This document shows positions 9,326 through 19,376 of a stretch of DNA of 64,000 bases, in pieces (within the stretch, counting starts at the first letter, position 1; each line of letters opens with the position of its first letter). This DNA comes from Geopsychrobacteraceae bacterium (GTDB taxonomy: Bacteria > Desulfobacterota > Desulfuromonadia > Desulfuromonadales > Geopsychrobacteraceae): positions 224,001 to 288,000 of the forward strand of contig CAXXTB010000002.1 of assembly GCA_963676795.2 (NCBI GenBank). Reading direction: 5' to 3'. Under the pieces are notes generated by a model, which saw only the letters and a list, made by a program, of their open reading frames with translations, was not told where the DNA came from and made no database searches. Position numbers and translations under genes: made by a program.

Positions 9326-11182
9326 TCAAAGTATTCTTGAAAAAAATATTGAGCGTGACCAGCGTTTTTTGATAGACGATAGTCCGGTTTTTCGATTGTT
9401 ATCAAATGGTTCATTAATGATGTAGGAAAAACCATTCTTTTCAAGAATATTCAATATTGTCGATAAGAAATTACCATTAAATCCATAGTGATATTCTATA
9501 AGTCCGCTGTTCACTTTATCCAGTTCAGAATTGGATAAAACATCACACTCTGCGCCTTCTATATCCAGTTTTAAAAAATCGATGTTGCTGCTGATAAATG
9601 TATTCAGTTCTCGACACTCAACCTTAAGTGTGGAGAATTTGCGCCCTTCTTCCTTGGCTCGATTCGAAGACGAGGACGCCATCGGCATTTCCTCGTCACA
9701 ATAAAATTCGATTGCTCCTGAACGTGCAGATAGTGCGTACGGGTAAAGAGTGACATCACTCCAGTTGTTGAGTTCAATATTTTGGAGACAGATGTTGTAT
9801 AGCGCCGGGTTGGGTTCAAAGGCGGTCACTTGGGATCTTGGATAGAGCCACTTGAAATAGGCGATTGCAGCGCCAATATTTGCCCCGCCGTCGATGATGA
9901 CAGGGGTCCCCGTCTCAGCTTTAAACCGATCAGATTCGCTTATGACCAATTCGCGGTACAGGGTCAACAGGTCGGAAGGATTCGTATAATATAACTTTGA
10001 ATTTAAAAACTGGGCGGGCCCGTTTTTTTTATCGAGATTTTGCCTGGAGGCAAGGTCCTTTATTTGCGAGTGAACAGCTGTCTCCTGTTTTACTTCGAGA
10101 TCTAAAATGCGCTCTCGCATGGAAGCGAGGCCTGCGAGGGTTTTGCCCAAGTTGGCATCCGACGACATTGTCCTGTTCGGACATGTCTTGTATCTCTGCA
10201 TCAGGGTCGCTAGCACGGGGTCATCTGCCTCCACGGGGGACAGTGGCCACTTGTAGGAATTCACCCAGATATTTACGGCCCTGACAAGTCCTTCAGCAGG
10301 TATTGTTTTCATGCTGTTGAGTATCTCCAGGCCGGACGTAAAGTCTCCGGATAACATATAGGCCTCGGCCGTTTTAAGCTTCCCGTCACCAGAAGAGCGG
10401 TCGTTTAGGTGATCGGTTAAGCAGCAGTTCAATAGCTGGCCGTAATTTTTGTTTATAAAATGGAACGAGTAGGCGATGTTCGTATATCCGTCCTTGATCG
10501 ACGCATCTTTCTGATAGGCCTGTTCCACAAGTTTCATGGCCATATCGAGCTGCTTCAGCCTGGCATAGACTCGGGCCAGGTTTAATTGCCAGCCAGCTGA
10601 GAGACGATCCTGGTGCCGGTCGCTTTCCATCCACTTCAGAAGTTCGGAGTACTCCCCGCTGTCCCACAGGGTCGCCCAGGCGATGGACGCATGGCCATCC
10701 ACAAGCTCGGCATCTTTTCCGTAGGCCTGCTCCACAAGTTTCATGGCCATATCGAGCTGCTTCAGTCTGGCATAGACGCGGGCCAGGTTTAATTGCCAGC
10801 CTGGTGAGAGGCGATTCTGTTGTCGGTCGATTTCCATCCACTTCAAAAGCTCGGTGTACTCTCCCCTGTCCCACAGGGTCGCCCAGGCGGTTGATGCGTG
10901 GCCGTTTGCGGCCTGTGGATATTGGTCGTAAACATCACAGACCGTCTTGTGTGCGAGGTCGGAATCGCCGTGTCTAGCCATGCATTCAGCAAACTTCAAT
11001 TGTTGGAACCAGGATTGACGGTTCAGTTCGGCGTCCTTTTTGAAAAGTTGAAGTGCTGTGTCCAGCTCATTCCTTTCGAGCATAAAATAGCTGGCTAACC
11101 TCGAATATCCATCTTTCTGTTCCGCTTCGTTCAGGTACGATTTGCAATCTGGTTTTCCAGGAAACTGCAATCGGCCATGCAC
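9326..11182 (-). CDS. Helical-repeat (TPR-like) protein with C-terminal FkbM methyltransferase; start uncertain
   Basis: IDGGANIG, AFEPNP, LKLDIEGAE; 69-aa internal repeats. Confidence 0.8.
   Translation of the reverse strand: MHGRLQFPGKPDCKSYLNEAEQKDGYSRLASYFMLERNELDTALQLFKKDAELNRQSWFQQLKFAECMARHGDSDLAHKTVCDVYDQYPQAANGHASTAWATLWDRGEYTELLKWMEIDRQQNRLSPGWQLNLARVYARLKQLDMAMKLVEQAYGKDAELVDGHASIAWATLWDSGEYSELLKWMESDRHQDRLSAGWQLNLARVYARLKQLDMAMKLVEQAYQKDASIKDGYTNIAYSFHFINKNYGQLLNCCLTDHLNDRSSGDGKLKTAEAYMLSGDFTSGLEILNSMKTIPAEGLVRAVNIWVNSYKWPLSPVEADDPVLATLMQRYKTCPNRTMSSDANLGKTLAGLASMRERILDLEVKQETAVHSQIKDLASRQNLDKKNGPAQFLNSKLYYTNPSDLLTLYRELVISESDRFKAETGTPVIIDGGANIGAAIAYFKWLYPRSQVTAFEPNPALYNICLQNIELNNWSDVTLYPYALSARSGAIEFYCDEEMPMASSSSNRAKEEGRKFSTLKVECRELNTFISSNIDFLKLDIEGAECDVLSNSELDKVNSGLIEYHYGFNGNFLSTILNILEKNGFSYIINEPFDNNRKTGLSSIKKRWSRSIFFSRIL
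10515..10904. repeat. Intragenic tandem duplication, 207-bp period (69 aa)
   Basis: TAGGCCTG(T/C)TCCACAAGTTTCATGGCCATATCGAGCTGCTTCAG begins at both 10515 and 10722; GWQLNLARVYARLKQLDMAMKLVEQAY occurs twice. Confidence 0.95.
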
Positions 11183-12093
11183 AGGGCGCCAAATACTTCA
11201 GACGCTTTAGAAAACCAGGAGGAATTTACGAAGGGAATGTCAAACAGCAGTTCGTCAGCACGCTCTGAAAAATATGTTTTTGACATATGTCTACAGGTTT
11301 CAGATCCATCTCTGGTGCCTGACTTGAACTCTGGATTCAGGTCGCTGTAGATCTTGTTTTTAAATTTACATGCTAAAAAAGCTATACATTGTTCTGGTGT
11401 TCCCCATGAGTTTTGAGTGCGGAATCTCCCGTTTTCTTTAACAAAAGCAATGTCAATCTGGGCTCGGGCATTGTCTAGTGGCCGGTTGTGTCCGTTAAAC
11501 AAGTCGTAAATGACAAAACCTTCCTGTTTCATATGATTGACGATTTCGTAGAAATCGGGAAGAGACGGGGAAAAGGGGAAAAGAGAGACTTCAGTTAAAA
11601 TTACCTCGGTGTCCTGCAGCAGTTTTTTGGCACCATTCAAAACATCAAGTTCTGCTCCTTGGACATCGATCTTGAGTAGATACGGTTTGGGCCATCTGTC
11701 CCTGTCATTCAGGGTGTCAAGTTTGCAGCACGGGACACTTCTGTGGATCACATCGTCCGTTGCGTTCATTGGGGTCAGCAGTGATGAGGTTGTCATGTCG
11801 GGAGTGACGGACAGGACCGTTTCGCCATCATATGCGGCTGCCGCCTGATAATAGACAAGGGCCTCTCTGCTTTTTAAGAAATTGTTTATGTATTTTTTGA
11901 ATTCAATGACCGGCTCGACTAAAACGAGTGTTGCTTTGTCATTCAGGTCATAAATCTCCGGGGTTCCGAAAGCCACTCCGACATCGATGATCGTGCCGGG
12001 ACAAAATCCCAATGTCCTGAAGTGGGAGATCAGTTCGCGATTTGATTGCCTGACATTCAGCAGGTTGGAGATGAAATTTTGGTTTTCTTCCAT
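11131..12093 (-). CDS. FkbM-family methyltransferase
   Basis: IDVGVAFG, LVEP, LKIDVQGAE, QIDIAF. Confidence 0.85.
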   Translation of the reverse strand: MEENQNFISNLLNVRQSNRELISHFRTLGFCPGTIIDVGVAFGTPEIYDLNDKATLVLVEPVIEFKKYINNFLKSREALVYYQAAAAYDGETVLSVTPDMTTSSLLTPMNATDDVIHRSVPCCKLDTLNDRDRWPKPYLLKIDVQGAELDVLNGAKKLLQDTEVILTEVSLFPFSPSLPDFYEIVNHMKQEGFVIYDLFNGHNRPLDNARAQIDIAFVKENGRFRTQNSWGTPEQCIAFLACKFKNKIYSDLNPEFKSGTRDGSETCRHMSKTYFSERADELLFDIPFVNSSWFSKASEVFGALCMADCSFLENQIANRT

Positions 12094-12160
12094 CGGTGTT
12101 CCCCGGCATTAAAAGTAATTGCTAATAAGTTTACTGCTTGGATGGACGATGCTTTGCATC

Positions 12161-12643
12161 CTAAAGCTCTTTGCCCAAGAGAAGAATGGGTATTTTGACG
12201 ACCGCTTTGCGTAGAGAGCTTGGACTGCCGAGTTGGATCTTCGGGCAGTGGGCCTCTCCGGGCATAAAGATAGCAAAAGTCCCCGGCGTCATGTTCAGCA
12301 GACTTGAAGGGGGATTGCAGTGATGAAACTCTTGACGATCTTTGTCCGTCAGATAGCGTAGGGGCTGTCCGAGTTCCTTCGCTTCGGTCCAGCGAATACC
12401 TTCGGACCCAGCAATCAGGTATTGGATATCAATGGTCCGGGTGTGATTCTCCCAATGGCACTCTGCTTCCGCGAGGGGCTGATAGCTATGTATGTTGGCA
12501 TACCAGTCTGGTGCCCCTAGGGGATGGTCACCATATTCGGCTGTGGTCGCGTGTTTTTGCAACCATTCCAGGGATTGGAAAAGTACGGGATGGATTAGAA
12601 GTGATTTCCAGTGGGCGCTGTTGTTAAGTAGGGCGGAAAACAT
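12161..12643 (-). CDS. YhcH/YjgK/YiaL (NanQ-like) protein
   Basis: ENHTRTIDIQY, GTFAIFMPGEAHCP, RKAVVKI; GAGG RBS. Confidence 0.85.
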   Translation of the reverse strand: MFSALLNNSAHWKSLLIHPVLFQSLEWLQKHATTAEYGDHPLGAPDWYANIHSYQPLAEAECHWENHTRTIDIQYLIAGSEGIRWTEAKELGQPLRYLTDKDRQEFHHCNPPSSLLNMTPGTFAIFMPGEAHCPKIQLGSPSSLRKAVVKIPILLLGKEL

Positions 12644-12720
12644 ATAACCTCGTATCTGCCTTAGGGGCGGACGATAGTAAGTTGCCAAGATTACTTTGCG
12701 GAAATTTTTAAAACATATGC

Positions 12721-13452
12721 TTAACATTGTTTCAGCCCCGGTCCTAAAAAATAAACGGGAATGCAAAATTTTGGACGTAGTCCCAGTGCCGGGCATTGGC
12801 TCAGGTCGAGATCATCTGACAGGATCTGATTTACAGCCATTTGTTTTTCTTTTCCCCGGACAAGAACCCAAAGATTCCTGCTGTTATTCAGCGATGGGTA
12901 GGTCAGGGTCACACGTTGATGCCCTTCCGGTCCGGATCCGGCGCTGACAGCGTAACGGGTTTGTTCGTTTAGTGCTGGGCTGCCCGGAAAGAGCGATGCG
13001 GTATGGCCGTCTTCTCCCAGACCGAGTAAGGCCAGGTCGAAAAAGGGATGTTGTTTGTTTATCCCATGCGTTGTCAGTATGCACTCGTAGTCGCGTGCGG
13101 CATCATCGGCTTGCAGTTCCCCTTTGATTCTTACACAGCGGTCAGTGATCCGTAGTGGCTCCAGCAGCGTGCGACAAAGCATATTATAGTTGCTGTCCTG
13201 ATGCTGTGGCGGCACGCAACGTTCATCGCTCAAAAAAAATGTCACCCGTTGCCAGTCCACGGCGGTTTTTTGTGCCAGGGAGACAATTTGCTTATTCAGC
13301 TCAGCAGGAGTCCTGCCCCCACCCATCACAATACGACAATAGCTCCTGGAGTCTAATGTTTTAATGATTAGTCCCAGAATCTCGAATGCTGTGTTGCGGA
13401 AAAAAAAATCATCATTTTCAGAAAGTATGACTTGAGATTGCATATTTCTCAC
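12721..13452 (-). CDS. pgl: 6-phosphogluconolactonase
   Basis: GGGRTP, DERCVPP.H.DSNY, LGLGEDGHTASLFPG, RVTLT; start could be 13443. Confidence 0.85.
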   Translation of the reverse strand: MRNMQSQVILSENDDFFFRNTAFEILGLIIKTLDSRSYCRIVMGGGRTPAELNKQIVSLAQKTAVDWQRVTFFLSDERCVPPQHQDSNYNMLCRTLLEPLRITDRCVRIKGELQADDAARDYECILTTHGINKQHPFFDLALLGLGEDGHTASLFPGSPALNEQTRYAVSAGSGPEGHQRVTLTYPSLNNSRNLWVLVRGKEKQMAVNQILSDDLDLSQCPALGLRPKFCIPVYFLGPGLKQC

Positions 13453-15407
13453 AGGGCTTCGATTCGATATTTCTTATATAAATCTATGATTTCAATGTTA
13501 TTGCCATATAGATGAAGGCATCTTCTTTTCAGCTCTTCCTGATGCTTGTCGGTTGACAAGACAATTGCATCAACAGTAGAGGGGGCAAAAGTTTCCAATT
13601 TTTGCGCTTTTTTATTGAACAAAAGTTTTTCGTTTTCGGGGGTGTCAAGAAGTACAGCTTCAATCTTTGGACATTCTAGCAAGAACAAATAATAAAAAGA
13701 CATTAGCCAATACGTATGGGTCGGATCGTTTCCGCAATATAGGGCTATTTTCCTGATATTTTTCGGGATCTTCAGGAATGAATCCGTCGCTGCTATCATC
13801 TTGTTGTAATCTTCAAGAATCTGATCATGCCCCTCTTTTTTGGAACGAGATTTTTGGAAAAGGAAAGCCAGATAACCATAATTTTTATATAGAATCCAGT
13901 TCTCAGATTCTGTCAATTTTCTAATATGATTTTGCATTTCTGGATTATGACGATGCCCCGTATTCAGCAGTATGTAGCCATTTTGGATTATTTTTTCTTC
14001 TAGTTCTGAAATATCGTCAACAACAGAGTTGGTATTGATAACTGCGAACTCTATGTCTTTCTCTTCTCGTTCGGAGTAGATTTTAATATTGTCAAAATTA
14101 TACTCTTTTGATGAAAAGTATCTTCTTATTTTTAATAAGTATTTATCGTCATTGGATAGATAATCAGAAGTATAAAACTTTGATTTAGTCATTAATATTG
14201 GTGTGAAAAATCCTGTCCCTAGCTCAAGAACAGAGGCATGATTGTAAGATAAAATTTCATCAACTTCATTCATTGCCGTTTGTACCCATTTTTGACTGCG
14301 AGTTTGGTTCATCAATAATGTGTTTCGTTTGAATGAAAACTCTGGAAGCTCTAATATATATTTTTTTACGCCCGATAAACATGAGATCTGTTTTAATGCG
14401 TAAGGGCAGGAACGCAGAGAAACTTTTGAGGGGCAAGTCGTGTAATTTTTTTTGTTAATAATATTATCTCTCATTTCTGAAATGAGTGGATTGGCTAAGA
14501 TGTCAGAAATGCTCTTTTCGTTCAGGTTTCCGATAGAAATTCCGGAAAAATTACATCCAAGCCTTACATCTCCTGTATGCTCAACCTGTATTTGGTTAAA
14601 TAAGTGATTACACTGACTATCCGAATAATCATAGCTCGGAGTCTGTATTTCAGAAAAGATAGGGGTCGAATTTAAGTCGAGAGAATATTGAGAATAATCA
14701 AAGATACATCCATGGGGTTGTAGAAGTTTTGAAACGGATTCCATCTCATTGCAGACTTGTTCTTTAAGCTTTTCGGGGATGTTGTTCTTGGAATAAAACT
14801 CTTTTTGTTCATTGCTTCCCAATACGGGCGGTCGGTATTCACGGACGAGGAGTACGTCCGCTTTTCCTGCTACCAATTCAATAAATTCATGCAACTTGCC
14901 TATTAATGGCCTTGTCATGACGAATGACACTTGAATTTTCGTTGCTATTTTAGACTTCAGCTGGCCTAATCGTGTCAATGCCTTTTGGGCTTTTCCAAAA
15001 TGATCGCGCCCGGAGATCTCTCGATAGAGTTCTTTGTTCGGGGCATTGATGCTGAAATTGACGACCGAAAAGAACCCCGCTTCCGCCTTTGAGAACCAAT
15101 AGTCGTTGAAAAGAGTGCCGTTAGTGACGAGATACATCCGGACTCCTTTGTTGTGGCGCTCAACAAGCTCAATAAAGTCTTTAATCCCTTTCCAGAGAAA
15201 AATTTCCCCACCGGCCGGTTGAATGATTTTAAGCTGACCCCTTTCAATGAGGGGACGCAGGTTTTCAAGAGCTTTCACCGAAATGTCAGATGCCGAAGCA
15301 TGATGAGGTTGCCAGCAGAACCCGCAGCGATTGTTGCAAAGAAAAGTTGCTTTTATCCCGAGGCAGCGAATGGCGTTGAGGTGTTTAAGTGCTTCAGATT
15401 CATTCAT
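13449..15407 (-). CDS. Radical SAM/SPASM protein with additional C-terminal domains
   Basis: CNNRCGFC, GGE, TNG, SPASM-like C...GDVRLGC...GNL; later VLELGTG motif. Confidence 0.8.
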   Translation of the reverse strand: MNESEALKHLNAIRCLGIKATFLCNNRCGFCWQPHHASASDISVKALENLRPLIERGQLKIIQPAGGEIFLWKGIKDFIELVERHNKGVRMYLVTNGTLFNDYWFSKAEAGFFSVVNFSINAPNKELYREISGRDHFGKAQKALTRLGQLKSKIATKIQVSFVMTRPLIGKLHEFIELVAGKADVLLVREYRPPVLGSNEQKEFYSKNNIPEKLKEQVCNEMESVSKLLQPHGCIFDYSQYSLDLNSTPIFSEIQTPSYDYSDSQCNHLFNQIQVEHTGDVRLGCNFSGISIGNLNEKSISDILANPLISEMRDNIINKKNYTTCPSKVSLRSCPYALKQISCLSGVKKYILELPEFSFKRNTLLMNQTRSQKWVQTAMNEVDEILSYNHASVLELGTGFFTPILMTKSKFYTSDYLSNDDKYLLKIRRYFSSKEYNFDNIKIYSEREEKDIEFAVINTNSVVDDISELEEKIIQNGYILLNTGHRHNPEMQNHIRKLTESENWILYKNYGYLAFLFQKSRSKKEGHDQILEDYNKMIAATDSFLKIPKNIRKIALYCGNDPTHTYWLMSFYYLFLLECPKIEAVLLDTPENEKLLFNKKAQKLETFAPSTVDAIVLSTDKHQEELKRRCLHLYGNNIEIIDLYKKYRIEAL

Positions 15408-16827
15408 TGACGACTCCAGCCGTTTTGAACAGATTCGAGAGTCTCGTCGAGTTGGCGAAAAGCTGTTCCAGGTTCAGGTCAGAGTGCTTCCTCCTGTACT
15501 GGGGAACGAAGGTATACAGCCAGGCCATGGCCAGGGCTTTGTAAAAATCGGTATCTGCAGCGTTCATCCAGGGTCTCAGTTTGAGGTCAATGCCATCTGT
15601 CGGGGGGATGGGTATGACTTCGACTCCGGAAAGGGAGTTGAAAGTAAAATCGATTTTATCACTGTAACAATTGCTTCCTGAATTGATAATCAGATCATTT
15701 GGCTGCGGAGCATAGAGATAAAACATTGACGAAGCATAGCCGGCGGATACTTTCCGGATTGAATTGGCCACTTTCAGACTCTCAAGGATGTCTTCGTCGT
15801 CTTCTCCGGGGAGACCGAACATGAAAGCGGTTACAAAGGTAACCTTACAGGAGGTCAGTTGCTCGATAAGCTGCAATGATTTGTCTATATCGATAGGTTT
15901 GTTAAGCAGATTGCGGATTTTCTTGGAGCCGGATTCGATACACATTGTGACATTGATTTTTTTGTCACAAATGATCTTCCTGACTGCAGGAGTGAAATTG
16001 CTGAGATGGCCGTATACCCTGGTGACATTGTAGCCTCTTTCTTCGCTTGTCCTGAGGATGTCCAGGGCCCTTTTCTCATTGATAAGAAAATTGTCGTCCA
16101 TGAAGGTGAAAGACGCGTTGCCGAACAGTTGGTGCCAATAATCCATTTCGGCAATGACGGACTCACTGCTGCGTAACAGGTAGCGCCCCTGGTTTGTGAA
16201 CGTATTGTAGCAAAACGAGCATTTATAGGGGCAGCCACGGGAAGAAATCAGAGGTACGGTCTTGCTGTGATCAACCCCTTTACGCCAGAGATCAAGCCGG
16301 ATTCGGGGCATATCGTCTAGATTTTCGGACAGTCTGTGAATTTCTCCCTGTTTGTAGCTGTCATCCGGCATGATCAGACTGATGTGGGGATGTTCCTGGA
16401 GTTTGATGCCGTTGTTTTCCTGTAGGTGTCCTGCCAGCTCGACGACTGACCGTTCTCCTGGCCCCATGACAACATAATCTGCTCCGCCTTCCCTGAGGCA
16501 GATCTCTGGAAGGGCAGAAGCGATAGGCCCTCCCCAGACGATGGGAATGTTGCGATGTGAGTTTTTTATGCGCTTGGTCAATTCTATGGTGTTCGCAATG
16601 TTTTCTCCCAGATAAACCGAGAATCCTATAAACAGAATGTCGTCACATAGCGCTTCTTCCAGAATTTTCAGATAATCGGTTTCAAGCTGTGGGTCGACAA
16701 ACAGCACATCGTAGCCTGCTTCGCAGAGAGATGAAGCAATAGAAAGAATGCCAAGCGGTGGGCCGAAATTTGAAAATTCACGGGCCAGTTGAGTAAATGA
16801 TGAATTTATAAGTATGATTTTTGACAT
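15400..16827 (-). CDS. B12-binding-domain radical SAM protein (class B methyltransferase-like)
   Basis: PPLGILSIA, WGGP, SRGCPYKCSFC, DDNF, ESGS, FMFGLPGE. Confidence 0.9.
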   Translation of the reverse strand: MSKIILINSSFTQLAREFSNFGPPLGILSIASSLCEAGYDVLFVDPQLETDYLKILEEALCDDILFIGFSVYLGENIANTIELTKRIKNSHRNIPIVWGGPIASALPEICLREGGADYVVMGPGERSVVELAGHLQENNGIKLQEHPHISLIMPDDSYKQGEIHRLSENLDDMPRIRLDLWRKGVDHSKTVPLISSRGCPYKCSFCYNTFTNQGRYLLRSSESVIAEMDYWHQLFGNASFTFMDDNFLINEKRALDILRTSEERGYNVTRVYGHLSNFTPAVRKIICDKKINVTMCIESGSKKIRNLLNKPIDIDKSLQLIEQLTSCKVTFVTAFMFGLPGEDDEDILESLKVANSIRKVSAGYASSMFYLYAPQPNDLIINSGSNCYSDKIDFTFNSLSGVEVIPIPPTDGIDLKLRPWMNAADTDFYKALAMAWLYTFVPQYRRKHSDLNLEQLFANSTRLSNLFKTAGVVNE

Positions 16828-17009
16828 ATTCTTGTCTCTCTTACAATCGCAGTGGTGGTGGCTCTTCCCGGAGGGTTACTTGCTGCTTATGTGTCTTGCC
16901 CCGATCATTTTTTTCCCTGATAGAAACGGATTTCCTGAGCTGGGGAAACTTCGTGTCATGATGATGTCTGCAAGAGTATGAGCTGCACAAAAACAGTTTA
17001 GAATCCCTT

Positions 17010-18158
17010 TTATCCCAAAATAATGTCTAAGTTCTTTCTTGGAAAGATTTCCAGTTTTCCGCCCCGTGTTGCATTGAAAATTTTTCCACCATTGTCTTCA
17101 AAACATTTTTTTGCTTTTTGAAACGGCGGTTCATGGAGATGCAGGTTTGGCATATTCCATAGTTCTCCTTGTGGGCGGTAGTCGGGATGAAAATGATTTT
17201 GTTCCCCGGAAGCAATTAATTGGCCTGCTGCATTCGTCCGGGTAGGAACGTCAAATGAAAAATCGACTCCGAGCAGGTACAGTTCCCTGATGCCCATGAT
17301 AAAAGCCATTTGAATCATGGAGTAGGTAACGGTTGCCCCCCAATGCAGACCATTGATGAAATTCGTACCGAAACCGGGTTGATACGGGTAATACTTTTCA
17401 ACAATATCAAAGAAAATAAGCTGGTTGTCTGTCGGCGGTGGGCAGCAATCAAGATAAAAAGGAAAAAATTTCACTGGTCCCTTCAGTGCGTTGATCTGTT
17501 TCTGGTTGTTCCTCATGACCAGGTGGTCCACCACGCTGTAGTAGGTCGGGCGCCAGTCGGTTTGTTCGAAGGCGAGGTAAATTTTGTTGGATGCAAAGGT
17601 GATTTCATTTTTCAGTTTGTTCAGGTCCTCGATGGATAAGCTGGGACCATTCCCCAGAACAAAGGCACGTTCGCCTTTGTGTATGCTCTGAAGGTTGGTC
17701 AGTCTCTCGTCGTTTTCCGACCAGAGCGTTTCCCATGTCGATCTACTGGTCAGGTCAGAGCGGTCGCTTTCTTTGGTGTGCCTTAGCTTCATCGCTTGAA
17801 CGAGAGGTATTGATTCGGCGTGGAAATGTTCCAGCACCATCTGGCCGCGTGTTTCAAATTCGCTCGAGGATTGGGCTATTGGATCTAATTTGCTCCATTG
17901 AAGAACGGCTTTGGCAATTTTGTGTTCTGGTGAGGAAGTCAGACACAACTGGGCGAATTTTATCGCTTCTTGATCATTTCCGTTCAAAAAGTTAAGCAAG
18001 GCGAGGTGATACAGTACTGACGCCAAGTCTTTTGGGTTGCGGCGCAACTCCTTGAATTCAAGTGTCTGCTCAAAGGAGCTTATTGCTTTCGTAATCTCCA
18101 GGCGACTTTCATAAAATCGTGCCCTGAAATTTAGATACGCCAAACTGTTTGAATGCAT
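17010..18158 (-). CDS. TPR + Maf/DUF115 (MptE-like) protein
   Basis: GNGPSL, NKIYLAF..WRPTYY, LLGVDF, NHFHPDY, FNATRGG; paralog of 8506-9297. Confidence 0.8.
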   Translation of the reverse strand: MHSNSLAYLNFRARFYESRLEITKAISSFEQTLEFKELRRNPKDLASVLYHLALLNFLNGNDQEAIKFAQLCLTSSPEHKIAKAVLQWSKLDPIAQSSSEFETRGQMVLEHFHAESIPLVQAMKLRHTKESDRSDLTSRSTWETLWSENDERLTNLQSIHKGERAFVLGNGPSLSIEDLNKLKNEITFASNKIYLAFEQTDWRPTYYSVVDHLVMRNNQKQINALKGPVKFFPFYLDCCPPPTDNQLIFFDIVEKYYPYQPGFGTNFINGLHWGATVTYSMIQMAFIMGIRELYLLGVDFSFDVPTRTNAAGQLIASGEQNHFHPDYRPQGELWNMPNLHLHEPPFQKAKKCFEDNGGKIFNATRGGKLEIFPRKNLDIILG

Positions 18159-18166
18159 GTTTTATC

Positions 18167-19300
18167 TCAATCGACAGGTTTCAAGATGGCCCTTAAGGGC
18201 GCCCATGTGCACCGCATTTCTCCGTGCGTACCATTGTCCAGACAGGTGATATTGTGGGCCGGATCGGCATAGTGTTTCTTAAGGGTCGCAGCGTGTTCGA
18301 AAGCGGAAAGCGCCTTGGCATAATGGTGGTGCCTTGAAAAAACAACCCCCAGGTTATTGTAAGCTGCAGCGTTGTCGGGAGAAAACGACAGGCACTTTTC
18401 GTAAGCTAGTTCGGCATCATGCAACCTGCTGTCAAGTATATGGATATTGCCCAGGAAAAAGTAGAGCAGCGGGTCATTGTACCCATCTGTAATTAGTTCA
18501 TTGAAGAGTGTCTGGGCCTCGTCGAGCTTTTCCATGCGAAACAGCACGCGGGCAAAGGCAAACTTGGCGTTCTCCTGATTTGGGTAGGTTGCTCTCAGGG
18601 CCTGGTAAATGGTTTTTGTGGAGTGCTTTTTTAAGGCTTTCAACTCATTGAGCCGCTGTCCTTTCCGATTGCGACTAATGTTTTCACTGTGAAGTCTGTA
18701 GAAAAGCAACGGCTCGTCAATGTAGGCAATGGCCCACTGTGTTCCGATTCGCAACCAAAGATCATATTCTTCATTGAATGAGAGGTCTTCATCGAAGCCT
18801 CCAACATTCAGGAGAATGTCTCTACGCAGCATGGTTGCTGATGTCGAGCCGATTTGATTTCTTTCAAAGAGCTTTCCGAGAAACCCTTTTGGGGTGAACT
18901 CCGGGCAACGGATCACATCGCCAGTAAATTTTGCATTTGAGTCAATGTAACTCATTGCGCAGAAAACCATGGCCGATGCCTGATGTGTATCAAGAATGGT
19001 CTTTTGTTTTTCTAGCCGCTCGGGATGGGCAATATCGTCGCAATCCAGAAATGCGATGAATTCTCCAGTAGCTTTTCTGATGCCTATGTTCCGTGCTGCG
19101 GATGCGCCTACACCTGATGTTCTGTAAGCTGTAATTGCATCATTGTAACGATCCAGGATTTCTGCAGTTGTGTCTGTTGATCCATCATCAATGACAATAA
19201 TTTCATCGGGAACGGCTGATTGGCGAAGAAGACTATCAATTGCTTCTCCAACAAAACGTTCACCGTTTTTGACGGGGATAATTACACTGCATGTTGACAT
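18167..19300 (-). CDS. Glycosyltransferase family 2 with C-terminal TPRs
   Basis: SVIIP, DDGSTD, FLDCDD, GGFDE, EEYDLWLR; AYNNLG TPR. Confidence 0.9.
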   Translation of the reverse strand: MSTCSVIIPVKNGERFVGEAIDSLLRQSAVPDEIIVIDDGSTDTTAEILDRYNDAITAYRTSGVGASAARNIGIRKATGEFIAFLDCDDIAHPERLEKQKTILDTHQASAMVFCAMSYIDSNAKFTGDVIRCPEFTPKGFLGKLFERNQIGSTSATMLRRDILLNVGGFDEDLSFNEEYDLWLRIGTQWAIAYIDEPLLFYRLHSENISRNRKGQRLNELKALKKHSTKTIYQALRATYPNQENAKFAFARVLFRMEKLDEAQTLFNELITDGYNDPLLYFFLGNIHILDSRLHDAELAYEKCLSFSPDNAAAYNNLGVVFSRHHHYAKALSAFEHAATLKKHYADPAHNITCLDNGTHGEMRCTWAPLRAILKPVD

Positions 19301-19376
19301 ACGGCCTCATGATTGCATGCGCTAAATCTTAGCTGAATGACTATCTGTTGAATTTTTTTTATGCCGAATATTATGT

